IMG/VR virus record: IMGVR_UViG_3300028299_000006
Location: 6,758 to 70,757 of that record
Reading direction: 5' to 3' (one strand)
DNA length: 64,000 nt
From: a virus
Every line of letters starts with the position of its first letter. Positions within the stretch are counted from its first letter, which is position 1. Both the position numbers and the translations under genes were made by a program. The notes under the pieces are model-generated. The model saw nothing but the letters and a program-made list of their open reading frames with translations. It ran no database searches and was not told where the DNA came from. This document shows, piece after piece, positions 37,833-48,385 of the stretch.

Positions 37833-38231
37833 ATGATTAATAAAACTTGTAGACATAGAAAAACTGGCCATATTGGTAAGATAACCAATGAATTAACAGA
37901 TAGTTGGGGTATTCATTGGTATGGTGGTAGTCATGGTGATGAACACGCGAAAAGAAATCGTGAAATCGGTGTTCTGAATTATTGGCAGCATAAGGGATTG
38001 ATTGATATTCTTGAAACTGAAGATTTTGGTCTTGGTCAAATTATCTTTGATAATAAAAATGGAAAAGAATGTTATATAACAAATTTAACAAATAATTCCA
38101 TAGAAGCCCTAGATGGTAGATACAAACAGTGGTATACTATTGATAATTTCAAAAAGAGATTTAAGTATATTTGGGAACCTGAGAAAAAGGAGTATAAAGA
38201 ATTATTTCATTCATATTTTTCTATACCTTAA
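37833..38231 (+). CDS. Hypothetical protein
   Basis: 132 aa ORF. Confidence 0.55.
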   Translation: MINKTCRHRKTGHIGKITNELTDSWGIHWYGGSHGDEHAKRNREIGVLNYWQHKGLIDILETEDFGLGQIIFDNKNGKECYITNLTNNSIEALDGRYKQWYTIDNFKKRFKYIWEPEKKEYKELFHSYFSIP

Positions 38232-39327
38232 TATTTTTCTTTTTTTCAATAATACCATTTTTTATCTTCTTTTCAATGTATTTTGAGTTTAGTATTCTGA
38301 GAGTTCCCATATAATCTAATTTAAATTCAATTAAATCTCCAACTTTATATTCCCTCTTATTTTCATCAAGATCAATTACAATCATATCTGAACTAGCGCC
38401 TGCTATTTTTATAGTTGTGTCAACCAATTCAAGATGATTAACATCTACATCAAGCAATCCTATGTCAATAAGTGCCCTATTTGAAGTTTTACCAATATGT
38501 ATTGGGTCAAATTCGAATTCATCTCCTTCCACATTGGTACTGAGATTTCCTTCAGGAACCATCGGTTTTTCAATTAATTCAATTATCTCAGAGTATAATC
38601 TAAAAACATCTGAATGCATTTTCTTAAAAGGTTTGTTATTGTAGACATCAGTGCCTAGAAACAGTGTTTCCCCAACTCTAAAATGATTGATTCCTTTAGG
38701 TAATAGATTTTGAAAAATTAATGGAATTGTAACTGAAGCGCCTCCTGAAACATATTCGATTTGTCTGTTAAATTTAGCTTCAATTAATTGTTCGTATAAA
38801 CTTAATTGGATTAATTTGTCATGATTTGGTAAAACACCATATAAACAAGTTAAATTAGTTCCAATTCCGACAACTTTAATATTTTTTAATTTGAAAATAC
38901 TTTCATAAAAATCCATAAAATTTTCACCCATTACACCCTCTCGAAGTTCACCCAATTCAATCATAATGATGATTTTGTGTGTTTTGTTCTGTTTTTTTGC
39001 TTCATCTGATAACATCTTGATAGTTTCAAATTCAGTATTCAAACTTATATCGGCGTATTTAACAACACTTGATATTGAACGTTTTGCTGGGGGTTTAATG
39101 TAAATAGTGTTGATTAAAGGGTTTATAGATTTAATCATTTTCAAATTAGACACTCGTGAGTCACATATTTGATTGATGTCAAATTTTAATAATTCTGTTA
39201 AGTATATTTCGTTCCCACTTAGTATTTTCGAAACAATAGACCATTCAATGCCCTTCTTTTTAAAAATCGTATTTAGATAGTTGAAATTTGATTTGAGTTT
39301 TTTAATATCTAATGTTACAAATGCCAT
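38221..39327 (-). CDS. PLP-dependent alanine/ornithine racemase family enzyme
   Basis: IVSK lysine, DSRVSNL, ELGELREG, GTNLTC, SGGAS, HFRVGE, GASSDM. Confidence 0.85.
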   Translation of the reverse strand: MAFVTLDIKKLKSNFNYLNTIFKKKGIEWSIVSKILSGNEIYLTELLKFDINQICDSRVSNLKMIKSINPLINTIYIKPPAKRSISSVVKYADISLNTEFETIKMLSDEAKKQNKTHKIIIMIELGELREGVMGENFMDFYESIFKLKNIKVVGIGTNLTCLYGVLPNHDKLIQLSLYEQLIEAKFNRQIEYVSGGASVTIPLIFQNLLPKGINHFRVGETLFLGTDVYNNKPFKKMHSDVFRLYSEIIELIEKPMVPEGNLSTNVEGDEFEFDPIHIGKTSNRALIDIGLLDVDVNHLELVDTTIKIAGASSDMIVIDLDENKREYKVGDLIEFKLDYMGTLRILNSKYIEKKIKNGIIEKKKNIKV

Positions 39328-39568
39328 ATTTATATATTTTTTTATATTGCCAAAATTTAATTATCTAAAAGATAATCATTCTTTTTATATTATACTAATA
39401 TTTTTTCTAGATTTTTCTATACCTTAATTAGATTATAATAACTAGTTCCTGATTCTTCTAAAGTTTTTGGATATTTATATAATCCCATAATTTACTAGAA
39501 TATTTCTCTAATGTTTTAGAAAAAAGTAATATTTTTTTATTTATATATAATGTAAATAATATGTAAAT

Positions 39569-39730
39569 ATGGAAAAAGAAAATAAATTATTATTCAATTT
39601 TAGAATTCATAAGGAATTATATGAATATTTGATAAAAAAATCTAAAGAAAATTACACAACAATGACACAATATCTTATAGATTTGATAAAAAAAGATAAG
39701 GAAAATGATAAACGAACAAAAAACATATGA
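39569..39730 (+). CDS. Small ribbon-helix-helix-like protein, copy 2 (missing from ORF track)
   Basis: MEKENKLLFNFRIHKELYEYLIKKSKENYTTMTQYLIDLIKKDKENDKRTKNI. Confidence 0.75.
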   Translation: MEKENKLLFNFRIHKELYEYLIKKSKENYTTMTQYLIDLIKKDKENDKRTKNI

Positions 39731-40418
39731 TGTTTTTGGTTATTATTCAAAAGAAGTTACTAGTCATAAAAAAGTAGTTGCATATTGTCCTTCTTGCAAT
39801 TCAGATAGAAGAAAGCATTCAGAGGAAACTAAAAAGAAAATAGGTTTATCAAATTCAATTTCTCAACCAAAGGGTAAAACTCATCCTTTATATGGAATTA
39901 AAAAAACAGATTCTTTCAAAGAAAAAATTAAAGAATCAAACAAAAATAGAATCTGGAAAGATGAATCAAGAAGAAAATTATCAGAAAAACATAAAGGTAA
40001 AAAATTATCAGAGGAACATAAGAAAAAAATTGGTAGAAGTGGTGTTAATAGTCACAGATATGGAAAAGTAGGAAATCATGGTAAGGGTGAATTTTATATT
40101 AGAAAAAATGGTGAGAAAATATGGATGCGTTCCTCTTGGGAAATTAAAATTGCTAAATATTTAGATTCAAAAGATTATAACTGGTCATACGAACCAACTG
40201 CATTTCCAATAAAATATGTTTTCAATAATATTGTAAAAGAAGGAACCTTTCGGCCAGATTTTCTTATTCAAAACTTAAATGAATATTGGGAAATAAAAGG
40301 ATGGTGGAGAGATGATAGTAAAGAAAAATATGAAGCTTTTGTTGAACAATATAAAGATCTAAAAATCATTCTTTTAATGAAAAATAATATTAAAGAATTG
40401 GGTATTCAATTACGATAA
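39705..40418 (+). CDS. NUMOD3 plus PD-(D/E)xK endonuclease
   Basis: HSEETKKKIG; RSSWE...YEP...FRPDF...EIKGW. Confidence 0.8.
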   Translation: MINEQKTYDVFGYYSKEVTSHKKVVAYCPSCNSDRRKHSEETKKKIGLSNSISQPKGKTHPLYGIKKTDSFKEKIKESNKNRIWKDESRRKLSEKHKGKKLSEEHKKKIGRSGVNSHRYGKVGNHGKGEFYIRKNGEKIWMRSSWEIKIAKYLDSKDYNWSYEPTAFPIKYVFNNIVKEGTFRPDFLIQNLNEYWEIKGWWRDDSKEKYEAFVEQYKDLKIILLMKNNIKELGIQLR

Positions 40419-40499
40419 ATGGGAAAAATGTTAAGATAATTTTCATTCAAAAGCGATGCGTAATTTCTAGTTTTATTATAAAATTAAAAGAAAGTTTAT

Positions 40500-40838
40500 T
40501 CAAAATCTGAATTCAGACATAAGTTCTTCTACAGATATCTTATCTAAAATTTCACCAATAAACTTGATATATGGATCTTCTATAGATTCCCTTTCTATAT
40601 ATTGTTTAATATTATCTAACAATTCTTCTGCTTCATCTTCGGATTTTGGAAGATTTCCCCAGATACTATATCTATGATTGTTTTCATCTATATTTATATG
40701 AAACTCATCAACTGATATTATTACATGATCCATAACAAAATCTATTTCTATATCAGAATTTGTATCTAAGTCACCATAATTATAATCAAAATCTTGATCA
40801 TCTATGTTAATTTCCTCAAATAATTTAATGTATTTCAT
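40500..40838 (-). CDS. MKYIKLFEE family protein
   Basis: Shared N-terminal motif. Confidence 0.65.
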   Translation of the reverse strand: MKYIKLFEEINIDDQDFDYNYGDLDTNSDIEIDFVMDHVIISVDEFHINIDENNHRYSIWGNLPKSEDEAEELLDNIKQYIERESIEDPYIKFIGEILDKISVEELMSEFRF

Positions 40839-40856
40839 AATAGGTATTTTATTTTT

Positions 40857-41183
40857 TTATTCTTCAAATATTTTATATTCAGCGTAATCACCATTATTGG
40901 TCTCAATATGAATAAACATATCATCCAAATCAACAGTTACATCAAGATGATTTCCTAATGACCGATATTTCCCTTTGAAACTAAAACGAAATCCAAATTT
41001 GTTACCACTCATCTTAAGTGGTAAAAGATCATTCCTACCAAATGTAATCTCACCATCTCTTGATGTATATATTTTGTATCTTCCTGATTTTGGTTCATTT
41101 TCTTCCCATTCAAAATCATTATCAATATCTATTTCTTCAAATAATTTAATGTGTTTCATTTTATAATTTAACATAATAATCAT
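40857..41183 (-). CDS. MKHIKLFEEIDIDNDFEWEE family protein
   Basis: Shared N-terminal motif after the internal Met. Confidence 0.65.
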   Translation of the reverse strand: MIIMLNYKMKHIKLFEEIDIDNDFEWEENEPKSGRYKIYTSRDGEITFGRNDLLPLKMSGNKFGFRFSFKGKYRSLGNHLDVTVDLDDMFIHIETNNGDYAEYKIFEE

Positions 41184-41448
41184 TTCCTATTTTTATAGCG
41201 TCAAATATAGTAACATCACTATATCCATCACCCTCCCAATTTTTTAATTTTTCTAAAGAATCCCCACCATATCCAACTTTTTTATCATTTGTTATATCAT
41301 ATACAACATCAATACCCATTTCATGAAACGCACAATAATCACCACTTATCATTACATAAACCTTAACTTTTTGAAAATCAACTGGTTCGTGTTCTTCCCA
41401 TTCAAAGTCATTATCAATATCTATATCTTCAAATAATTTAATTTTCAT
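41161..41448 (-). CDS. KLFEDIDIDNDFEWEE family protein
   Basis: Shared N-terminal motif. Confidence 0.65.
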   Translation of the reverse strand: MKIKLFEDIDIDNDFEWEEHEPVDFQKVKVYVMISGDYCAFHEMGIDVVYDITNDKKVGYGGDSLEKLKNWEGDGYSDVTIFDAIKIGNDYYVKL

Positions 41449-41750
41449 AAAAGTTTATATTTTTCTATATAGAACTCCAACTCATCATTATCAAATACAG
41501 CGTTAATATCATCTCTATTTCTATAAATTTTAATTTTAGTTCCCTTTTCTAACATATTAAGTTCTAATAAATAGTTATATATTGTATTTTTTATTAACTC
41601 AGTATCATCGTTTCTTAATACAGCAACCACCACATGATCACTATCTTCATCAAATAAAATGTAAACATATTTATTATCAACGGGATTTTCTTCTTCCCAT
41701 TCAAAATCATTATCAACATCTATTTCCTCAAATAATTTTAAATATTTCAT
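41445..41750 (-). CDS. MKYLKLFEEIDVDNDFEWEE family protein
   Basis: Shared N-terminal motif. Confidence 0.65.
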   Translation of the reverse strand: MKYLKLFEEIDVDNDFEWEEENPVDNKYVYILFDEDSDHVVVAVLRNDDTELIKNTIYNYLLELNMLEKGTKIKIYRNRDDINAVFDNDELEFYIEKYKLL

Positions 41751-41778
41751 TTGGTTATTAAATATTTTTTAGTTATTT

Positions 41779-42081
41779 TTAGGTATATACAATAGTCGCT
41801 ATTGTTGGGTAATAACCATACTCTGTTCTCCATTCATATGAATATCCACTATTTAACCAATAGTCAACATATGTTACACCACTTACATAGTACTGATATC
41901 TGTTACCACCGTCATTTGAAAACTTATTATCATCATTAGATGTGAAACTACCATATGTACCTAAACCATTCTCTTCGATGTATCTCGCCGCTGATGTCGC
42001 GTCCGCGCGGAGTGGAAGAGCACCTAGTTCTCTGAAACCAAGGACATTATTTTTGTATGTTGGATTTGTTACTGTTGCCAT
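41779..42081 (-). CDS. Hypothetical protein, possibly structural
   Basis: 100 aa, T/G/Y-rich. Confidence 0.55.
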   Translation of the reverse strand: MATVTNPTYKNNVLGFRELGALPLRADATSAARYIEENGLGTYGSFTSNDDNKFSNDGGNRYQYYVSGVTYVDYWLNSGYSYEWRTEYGYYPTIATIVYT

Positions 42082-42157
42082 TTTATTTATTTTTTCTTTT
42101 ATATATTAATATTTAAAATTAGAAAAACTTATATAAACTATTTTACTATGTGAACCA

Positions 42158-43312
42158 CTACACTAAAAATCTAGTTTCTACGCCACAAGCACAATGTAAC
42201 CATTCACTTTGAGTGACGCTGGGTTGGTTCCTCAACCCAATTTTCTTTATATTTATAGCAGCATTTATGTCTCTATCGTGTTTTTCGTTACATTTAGGAC
42301 AAATCCATTTTCTATTATTTAAAGTTAAATCTTTATTAATTGTTCCACAAGAACTACAAGTTTTTGATGATGGATCAAATCTACCTATTATTGAAAGGGT
42401 TTTTCCATACCAATCACATTTATATTCAATCATAGATTTAAATTCATTCCATCCCATATCACTTATTGCTCTTGCTAATTTATGATTTTTAACCATACTA
42501 GACACATTAAGATCCTCCATACAGATTGTATCATAATCATCAACCAAATATTTACTTATTTTGTGTAAATAATCCTGTCTTTGATTTCTTATATGTTCAT
42601 ATAAAAGAGAAATTTTCATTTTTTGTTTTTGATAATGTTTAGAATCTTTTTGTTTTCTTGTTAAGGATCGCTGTTCAATTCTTAATTTATTCATAGCAGA
42701 TTTAAAGAAATCGTGGTTCTTGAATTTCTTTCCATCTGAAGTTATACAGAAATCTTTTATACCTAAATCTAAACCAACTGATGTGCTTTCTTTTATTTCT
42801 CTTTTATCAGGTTTTAATTCACTAGTATCAATAAGTATAGACACATAATATTTATTAGTGACTGATTTACTTACAGTTACAGTTTTAATTTCACCTTTAA
42901 ATTCTCTATGTAAATCAATTCCAACCAATTTTAATTTAGGTATGAAGATTTGTTTTTTATTTTCTAAATATACTCCTTGTGGTAATTGAAATGATTGTTT
43001 TCCAAATTTTCTTTTAAATTTGGGAAAACCACCACCTCTAAAAAAATTTGTGTAGGCATTATCCAGATTTCTTAAACTCATTTGTAATGCCTGTGAAGGA
43101 CTTTCTTTTAACCAAGGACATTCGGTATCTTTAAGTTCTTTAATTTGATTTGATAAATCAATGCAGGTATAATTTTTTTTATTTCCTATGTAAGCACTAA
43201 TTTTTGTTTCTAGACCAAGGTTATAGACAAATCTAACTTGTCCAAAAATATGAGACATCAATTTTTTTTGTTCCTGATTTGGATATATTCTATATTTGTA
43301 TGATTTTAACAT
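42158..43312 (-). mobile_element. tnpB: IS200/IS605-family TnpB RNA-guided nuclease gene (no TnpA seen)
   Basis: YKYRIYPN, RuvC GLDLG / MEDL / DRDINAA, CSSC..CPKC zinc finger; right-end-like GTAGTGGTTCA at about 42151. Confidence 0.9.
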
Positions 43313-43417
43313 TTCTTACAAAAAACTTTTTTGTTTTGTAAGTATATATAATTAAAAAATAATGACTTTTTTCTATTTTGGTAAAATTTACTTTACTATA
43401 TAAATTTGATTGACTAT

Positions 43418-43493
43418 CGCCCGTTCGTCTAGTCAGGTCTAGGACGCAAGGTTTTCATCCTTGAAATCAGGAGTTCGAATCTCCTACGGGTGA
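43418..43493 (+). tRNA. tRNA-Glu(UUC)
   Basis: CGCCCGT/ACGGGTG acceptor; CAAGG-TTTTCAT-CCTTG; TTCGAAT. Confidence 0.9.
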
Positions 43494-43542
43494 CACTTTA
43501 CAAAACTTTCTTGAATAAAAAATTATTTCATAAATAAATTCT

Positions 43543-44133
43543 ATGATAAATATTACTCTTTTCGCGTCTGGAAATGGTTCCAATGTTGAAGCTATTTTTG
43601 ATTATATTAAAACTAGGAAATTGGATAATCTATCAAGAGTTGATTCGATACAAATAAATTCTGTTTTTACAAACAATGATAATGCGTATGTTATTAAACG
43701 ATGTGAAAAATTAAGAATACCATATTTTATTTTTGATAAAGAGGAATTAAACAATGGTATTGTTTTATCAAAATTAATTGAAATTGAAACTGATTTTATC
43801 GCTCTTTGTGGATTTCTACTATTAATGCCTAAGGATATAATAGATTATTTTCCTAAAAAGATAGTTAATCTACATCCCGCGTTATTACCAAAATATGGTG
43901 GAAAAGGTATGTATGGAATGAATGTTCACAGAGAAGTTATTAAAAATAAAGAAAGATTTTCTGGTATAACAATACATTATGTTAATGAAAAATATGATAA
44001 GGGTGATATTATCTACAAAGTTAGAAAAAAGATTATGGCAACAGATACACCAGAAACATTAGCGAATAAAATACATAGCCTAGAACATAAATTTTATCCA
44101 GTGATTCTTTATTCAGTTTCAAATTTAGACTAA
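43543..44133 (+). CDS. purN: Phosphoribosylglycinamide formyltransferase
   Basis: FASGNGSN, NLHPALLPKYGGKGMYG, SGITIHYVNEKYDKG. Confidence 0.9.
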   Translation: MINITLFASGNGSNVEAIFDYIKTRKLDNLSRVDSIQINSVFTNNDNAYVIKRCEKLRIPYFIFDKEELNNGIVLSKLIEIETDFIALCGFLLLMPKDIIDYFPKKIVNLHPALLPKYGGKGMYGMNVHREVIKNKERFSGITIHYVNEKYDKGDIIYKVRKKIMATDTPETLANKIHSLEHKFYPVILYSVSNLD

Positions 44134-44808
44134 TTCACAGATTGTTTTCGCAGCTTCTACACACGATTTGACATCCAATTCACAATATTTCACCACTTTG
44201 TCAATTTGACCATCCCAGTACATTTGATGTACTTCATTTCCTTTCATAATAGTTTTAGGACTCTCTAAACCAAGTTCATATAACATTTCATCAAATGATG
44301 TTGTCTCTAATGTTCCACTATTTCTCCAAATTTCCGCGAGATCAAATATGTTCATATCCCATGGTTTTATCCCAAATGTCTTTAATAATCTAGGTATCTC
44401 TAATCCATATTTCAACATTTTTCTATTTATCCAAGGTATATCAAATCCTTTAATATAATATCCACATAATCCAAATGTTGTATTATCACTAATATTTTTG
44501 AATATTTTATGAACCTCGTTAACTAGAGTCCTTTCATTATCGTTATATACTGACTTTGTTTTTAATTCATCATTTTTATAAAATGACATTGTTACACAAA
44601 CTATTTTACCAAATTCTGGCATTAGGGAAGATTTTTCTCTGAATACAATATCAGGAGATTTTTTCCAGTCTAGAATATTATCACTCTTTCTTTCAAGCTT
44701 TCTTAAAAAAAGTTCATATCCTCTTTTATCATTGGTTTCAAAATCCTCAATGGTTTTGTGTTTTCCTGTTGTTTCTATATCAAAATAGAATAAATTTTTG
44801 TAATTCAT
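44125..44808 (-). CDS. PolB-like 3'-5' exonuclease (DEDD)
   Basis: FDIET, PEFGKIVC, GFDIPW, YCELDV. Confidence 0.85.
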   Translation of the reverse strand: MNYKNLFYFDIETTGKHKTIEDFETNDKRGYELFLRKLERKSDNILDWKKSPDIVFREKSSLMPEFGKIVCVTMSFYKNDELKTKSVYNDNERTLVNEVHKIFKNISDNTTFGLCGYYIKGFDIPWINRKMLKYGLEIPRLLKTFGIKPWDMNIFDLAEIWRNSGTLETTSFDEMLYELGLESPKTIMKGNEVHQMYWDGQIDKVVKYCELDVKSCVEAAKTICELV

Positions 44809-44986
44809 TTGTTTTTAAAATTATTTGGTTATATACATTTCTTATATTAGATTTGTTCAAAAGTTTTTTTTTATGAAAAAAATAAAATTCAGAGAATATT
44901 ATGAAGATTATATAATTATTGGTGTAATTATACTACTTTTAATTGTCTGTGTTGCTGGTATGGCATTTACTTAAAAATATAAAAAT

Positions 44987-45307
44987 ATGTTAGATAAAAT
45001 AAATTTTGAAAACACAGATTATGAATTCTGTAAAAATGAAATGTTGGAATTGATAGATTATTATTTGAAGTCTGATAATAGTGATTTTCCAATGGGTCTT
45101 ATATTTAGAATGGGATTCTCTGATTCTAAAGTTGAAGATATAAGGGATAGTATAAAAGATGATACAAAAAATGGTAAAAAATATGTTAATAAATTTATAA
45201 ATATTAAAAAATCATTCACAAAAATTTCTAATGGTGCTGATATTTCAGGTTTTGGAGATATAATTAAATGGCAGAAAGATGAAAGGAAAGATCGTGATGT
45301 TTTTTAA
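44987..45307 (+). CDS. Hypothetical protein
   Basis: 106 aa ORF. Confidence 0.5.
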   Translation: MLDKINFENTDYEFCKNEMLELIDYYLKSDNSDFPMGLIFRMGFSDSKVEDIRDSIKDDTKNGKKYVNKFINIKKSFTKISNGADISGFGDIIKWQKDERKDRDVF

Positions 45308-45358
45308 AAATGGAAAAACTTTATAAAAAAAGTTGAATATATAGTTTAGCCATCGTAA

Positions 45359-45485
45359 AAGATACGTACAGCAAAACAAAGAACTATTATGAAGGGGTTT
45401 TACATCATTTTTACAGTTTCCCCAAAAATTTAAAAACTATAAAATGTGATTTTGAGGTAAGTTTTAATAAACTTCTCGTATCTTG
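45359..45485 (+). ncRNA. ACAGCAAA stem motif, copy 2
   Basis: AAGATACG-TACAGCAAAA...CGTATCTT-G. Confidence 0.55.
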
Positions 45486-45516
45486 AAGAGTGGTGTTACC
45501 CACCTACGATTGTTAA

Positions 45517-45574
45517 AGAATACTGAAACAGCAAAAACTTGGACAAATAGATTCGACATCTAATAAGTATTCTG
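45517..45574 (+). ncRNA. ACAGCAAA stem motif, copy 3
   Basis: AGAATACT-GAAACAGCAAAA...TAGAT-TCGAC-ATCTA...AGTATTCT-G. Confidence 0.55.
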
Positions 45575-45592
45575 AAAAAATATTTTAAAATT

Positions 45593-47032
45593 ATGGCAAG
45601 ATCACAATCACAATTGATTAATGTTCTAAGACAAAATGATACTAGAACAGAAAAAGGTATGTTAACAAATTCAACATCATTAAATGGATGTGTTGATATG
45701 TTTTTTATGGCGGGCGCGGCACGTCATTGGACAAAGGAACAAAAAATTAATCTTTTTCAAAAAGCGTTAACCGAAGATCCACAAACCGCGTTAAGACTAT
45801 TGTTTTGGTCTAGAGATGTTCGTGGTGGAGCTGGAGAAAGACAATTTTTTAGAGATTGTTTAACATTACTTAATGATAATTATCCAGAATATCTTATAAA
45901 AATATCTGAATTCATACCAGAATTTGGTCGTTGGGATGATTTATTTTTCACTGACCCAATTGTTTATCTACCTTTAATTAAAAAGGGATTAGATGAACGT
46001 AACGCGTTGTTGGCGAAATGGATGCCAAGAAAAAATCAATATAACAATTTATCAAAAAATGTTCGTGAATATCTTGAAATTTCACCAAAGGAATATAGAA
46101 AATTAATAGTTGAATTATCAAATACTATTGAACAAAAAATGTGTGACAATAAATTTGATGAAATTAATTATGAACATGTTCCATCGGTTGCGATGAATCG
46201 TTATAGAAAATCATTTTATCGTAATGATGAAACAAGATTTTCAGAATATATTGATATGGTTAATAGTGGTGAGAAGAAAATGAACGCTGGAGTACTTTAT
46301 CCACATCAAATCTATCAAGCTCTTATGAAACAAGGAAGAGCGGATAAAGGAACATTTAAAATCAATCAAAACGACGCGATAGAAGCGATGTGGAAATCAT
46401 TACCAAATTATATGGAAGGAACAACTCATAGAATATTACCTATGGTTGATGTATCACCTTCTATGACTTGGTATGGTGGTTTACCATTAGATGTATCTAT
46501 TTCTCTTGGTATTTATATAAGTGAAAGAAACGAGAGTATTTTCAAAGACGCGTTTATGACTTTTTCAGAAAATCCAACAATTGAGTTTTTAAAAGGAACT
46601 TTCGTTGAAAGAGCTACACAATTGAGATATTCAAAATGGGGAAAAACAACAAACCTAGAAAAAGCGTTTGATGTATTGTTGACAAAATCATTAGAACATA
46701 GTATTAGTGATGAATATATGCCTACAATTTTATTAATTATATCTGACATGCAATTTGATTTATCATCTAGTAGGAAATCAGCGTTAGATATGATAAAAGA
46801 AAAATATGAAGAAAATGGATATAAATTACCACATATATTCTTCTGGAATGTCAGATCTAAAGAGGATTGTGTTCCTGCTGATGATAATCAACAAGGAGTT
46901 GGGTTGATTTCTGGATTCAGTCCATCAATATTAAAAAACACATTAAATGGTGTTATTGACAGAAAACCAACACCTTATGAAACTATGATGAGTGTAGTGA
47001 ATTCAGGACGATATGATATGATTACAATATAA
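45593..47032 (+). CDS. DUF2828-type (TROVE/Ro60-like helical plus vWA) protein
   Basis: RDVRGGAGER, FGRWDDL, AKWMPR, VPSVAM, DVSPSM, ISDMQFD, FWNVR. Confidence 0.85.
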   Translation: MARSQSQLINVLRQNDTRTEKGMLTNSTSLNGCVDMFFMAGAARHWTKEQKINLFQKALTEDPQTALRLLFWSRDVRGGAGERQFFRDCLTLLNDNYPEYLIKISEFIPEFGRWDDLFFTDPIVYLPLIKKGLDERNALLAKWMPRKNQYNNLSKNVREYLEISPKEYRKLIVELSNTIEQKMCDNKFDEINYEHVPSVAMNRYRKSFYRNDETRFSEYIDMVNSGEKKMNAGVLYPHQIYQALMKQGRADKGTFKINQNDAIEAMWKSLPNYMEGTTHRILPMVDVSPSMTWYGGLPLDVSISLGIYISERNESIFKDAFMTFSENPTIEFLKGTFVERATQLRYSKWGKTTNLEKAFDVLLTKSLEHSISDEYMPTILLIISDMQFDLSSSRKSALDMIKEKYEENGYKLPHIFFWNVRSKEDCVPADDNQQGVGLISGFSPSILKNTLNGVIDRKPTPYETMMSVVNSGRYDMITI

Positions 47033-47101
47033 AATAATTTTGGTAGTTATTTTATCTTTTAGTATATTTAATTTTAAATTAACAAACGAAAAACAAAGAA
47101 T

Positions 47102-47371
47102 ATGGAAAATCTAGAATTACAGAGGGAAGAAATCTTTAAAACTATTGAGGTTCAAACAATTGAAAATTGTGGTAATTGTAATAGTAAGGATCTAGTACCT
47201 ATAAAACAACATGAACATTCATTTAGTGATGATGAATCAACTCACGATGGTTTTGTTTGTGATAATTGTAAGTGTTTCAATTACATTGATGAAGATGGAT
47301 ACTCTATCTATGAATATTCATACAGTAGGGATGTTGAGAAGAAGGTTAGTTGGAAAATTAATGACAACTAA
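47102..47371 (+). CDS. Zinc-ribbon protein
   Basis: CGNC and CDNC pairs. Confidence 0.6.
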   Translation: MENLELQREEIFKTIEVQTIENCGNCNSKDLVPIKQHEHSFSDDESTHDGFVCDNCKCFNYIDEDGYSIYEYSYSRDVEKKVSWKINDN

Positions 47372-47565
47372 TGAATAAAAAACCAACAAAACGAGGAATA
47401 GGAATTTGTATAGAATGTCTTAAAGAAACATCACTCAATGATATGATAATAGTTGAAAGCGTCTCATCTGATAGGTTATTTCAAACGTATATATGTGAAG
47501 ATTGTTCAAAAACAACGACTAGATTTAAAGTAATAAGACCATATAAAGAAAAGAAAAAGAAATAA
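47371..47565 (+). CDS. Small zinc-finger protein
   Basis: CIEC and CEDC pairs. Confidence 0.6.
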   Translation: MNKKPTKRGIGICIECLKETSLNDMIIVESVSSDRLFQTYICEDCSKTTTRFKVIRPYKEKKKK

Positions 47566-47635
47566 ATGAGTTTTGAAAACTATGAAGCATCCCATACACC
47601 TTTATAATATTACTATCACATTGTGATTGTGAATT

Positions 47636-48247
47636 TCATAGATTACTCATTACATGTTCAAATGATTGTGAGTTATATGGTCTGATATCAGTTGGTGGTT
47701 CATCTACAAAAGTGTAATCCTTATTCATAATATCAAATACTATAAAATTTCCACTATCCATACCCTCTTGTCTAGTCATACCGTGTTCATCCAATGAAGT
47801 TAGATATTCATCATCAAATTCAATAAAACCTTTAAATTTATTTTCCTTTGGTATTCTTTGTGGATTAATGTCTTCATTGATTTTGTCAAATTTAGAAAAC
47901 TTTGTTACTAATTTTTTTTCCATCTTAATGTTTTTGTTTTTTTGTTTTTTTAATTCTCTTTCTAATTTTGGATTTCTATTTTCCCATTCTTTTATATTAC
48001 TTATAAATTCAAAATCTAATTCTTTTTTTGATTCATTTTTACTCCGATGTTTTATAGATCTTCTAGAGCATTTATATTTATTTTTAGAAGATTTCTCAAG
48101 TGATTTAGTATCAATTGGCCCCTTTACAATTCCTTTTATTTTTTTTCTCTTTTCTTTAGGCACCAAATTAAGAGGTATATCACCCTTTCTAACCGCATAC
48201 GCGAGTGAATGATCTCGTATTATGCTACTTTTTTGGCTTTTCCTCAT
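47636..48247 (-). CDS. Hypothetical protein with basic N-half and internal TKFSKFDKINE motif
   Basis: 203 aa ORF. Confidence 0.55.
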   Translation of the reverse strand: MRKSQKSSIIRDHSLAYAVRKGDIPLNLVPKEKRKKIKGIVKGPIDTKSLEKSSKNKYKCSRRSIKHRSKNESKKELDFEFISNIKEWENRNPKLERELKKQKNKNIKMEKKLVTKFSKFDKINEDINPQRIPKENKFKGFIEFDDEYLTSLDEHGMTRQEGMDSGNFIVFDIMNKDYTFVDEPPTDIRPYNSQSFEHVMSNL

Positions 48248-48385
48248 TGTAAATATAATATTTATTTATTATATATAAAAATTTTTTGTAATAGTTTTTT
48301 ATATTTTTTTTATTTATATATTAAAATTCTATATTAGAAAATATTAATGAACTACCACTAAAAATTTAGTTGTTTTTTGATTTAT

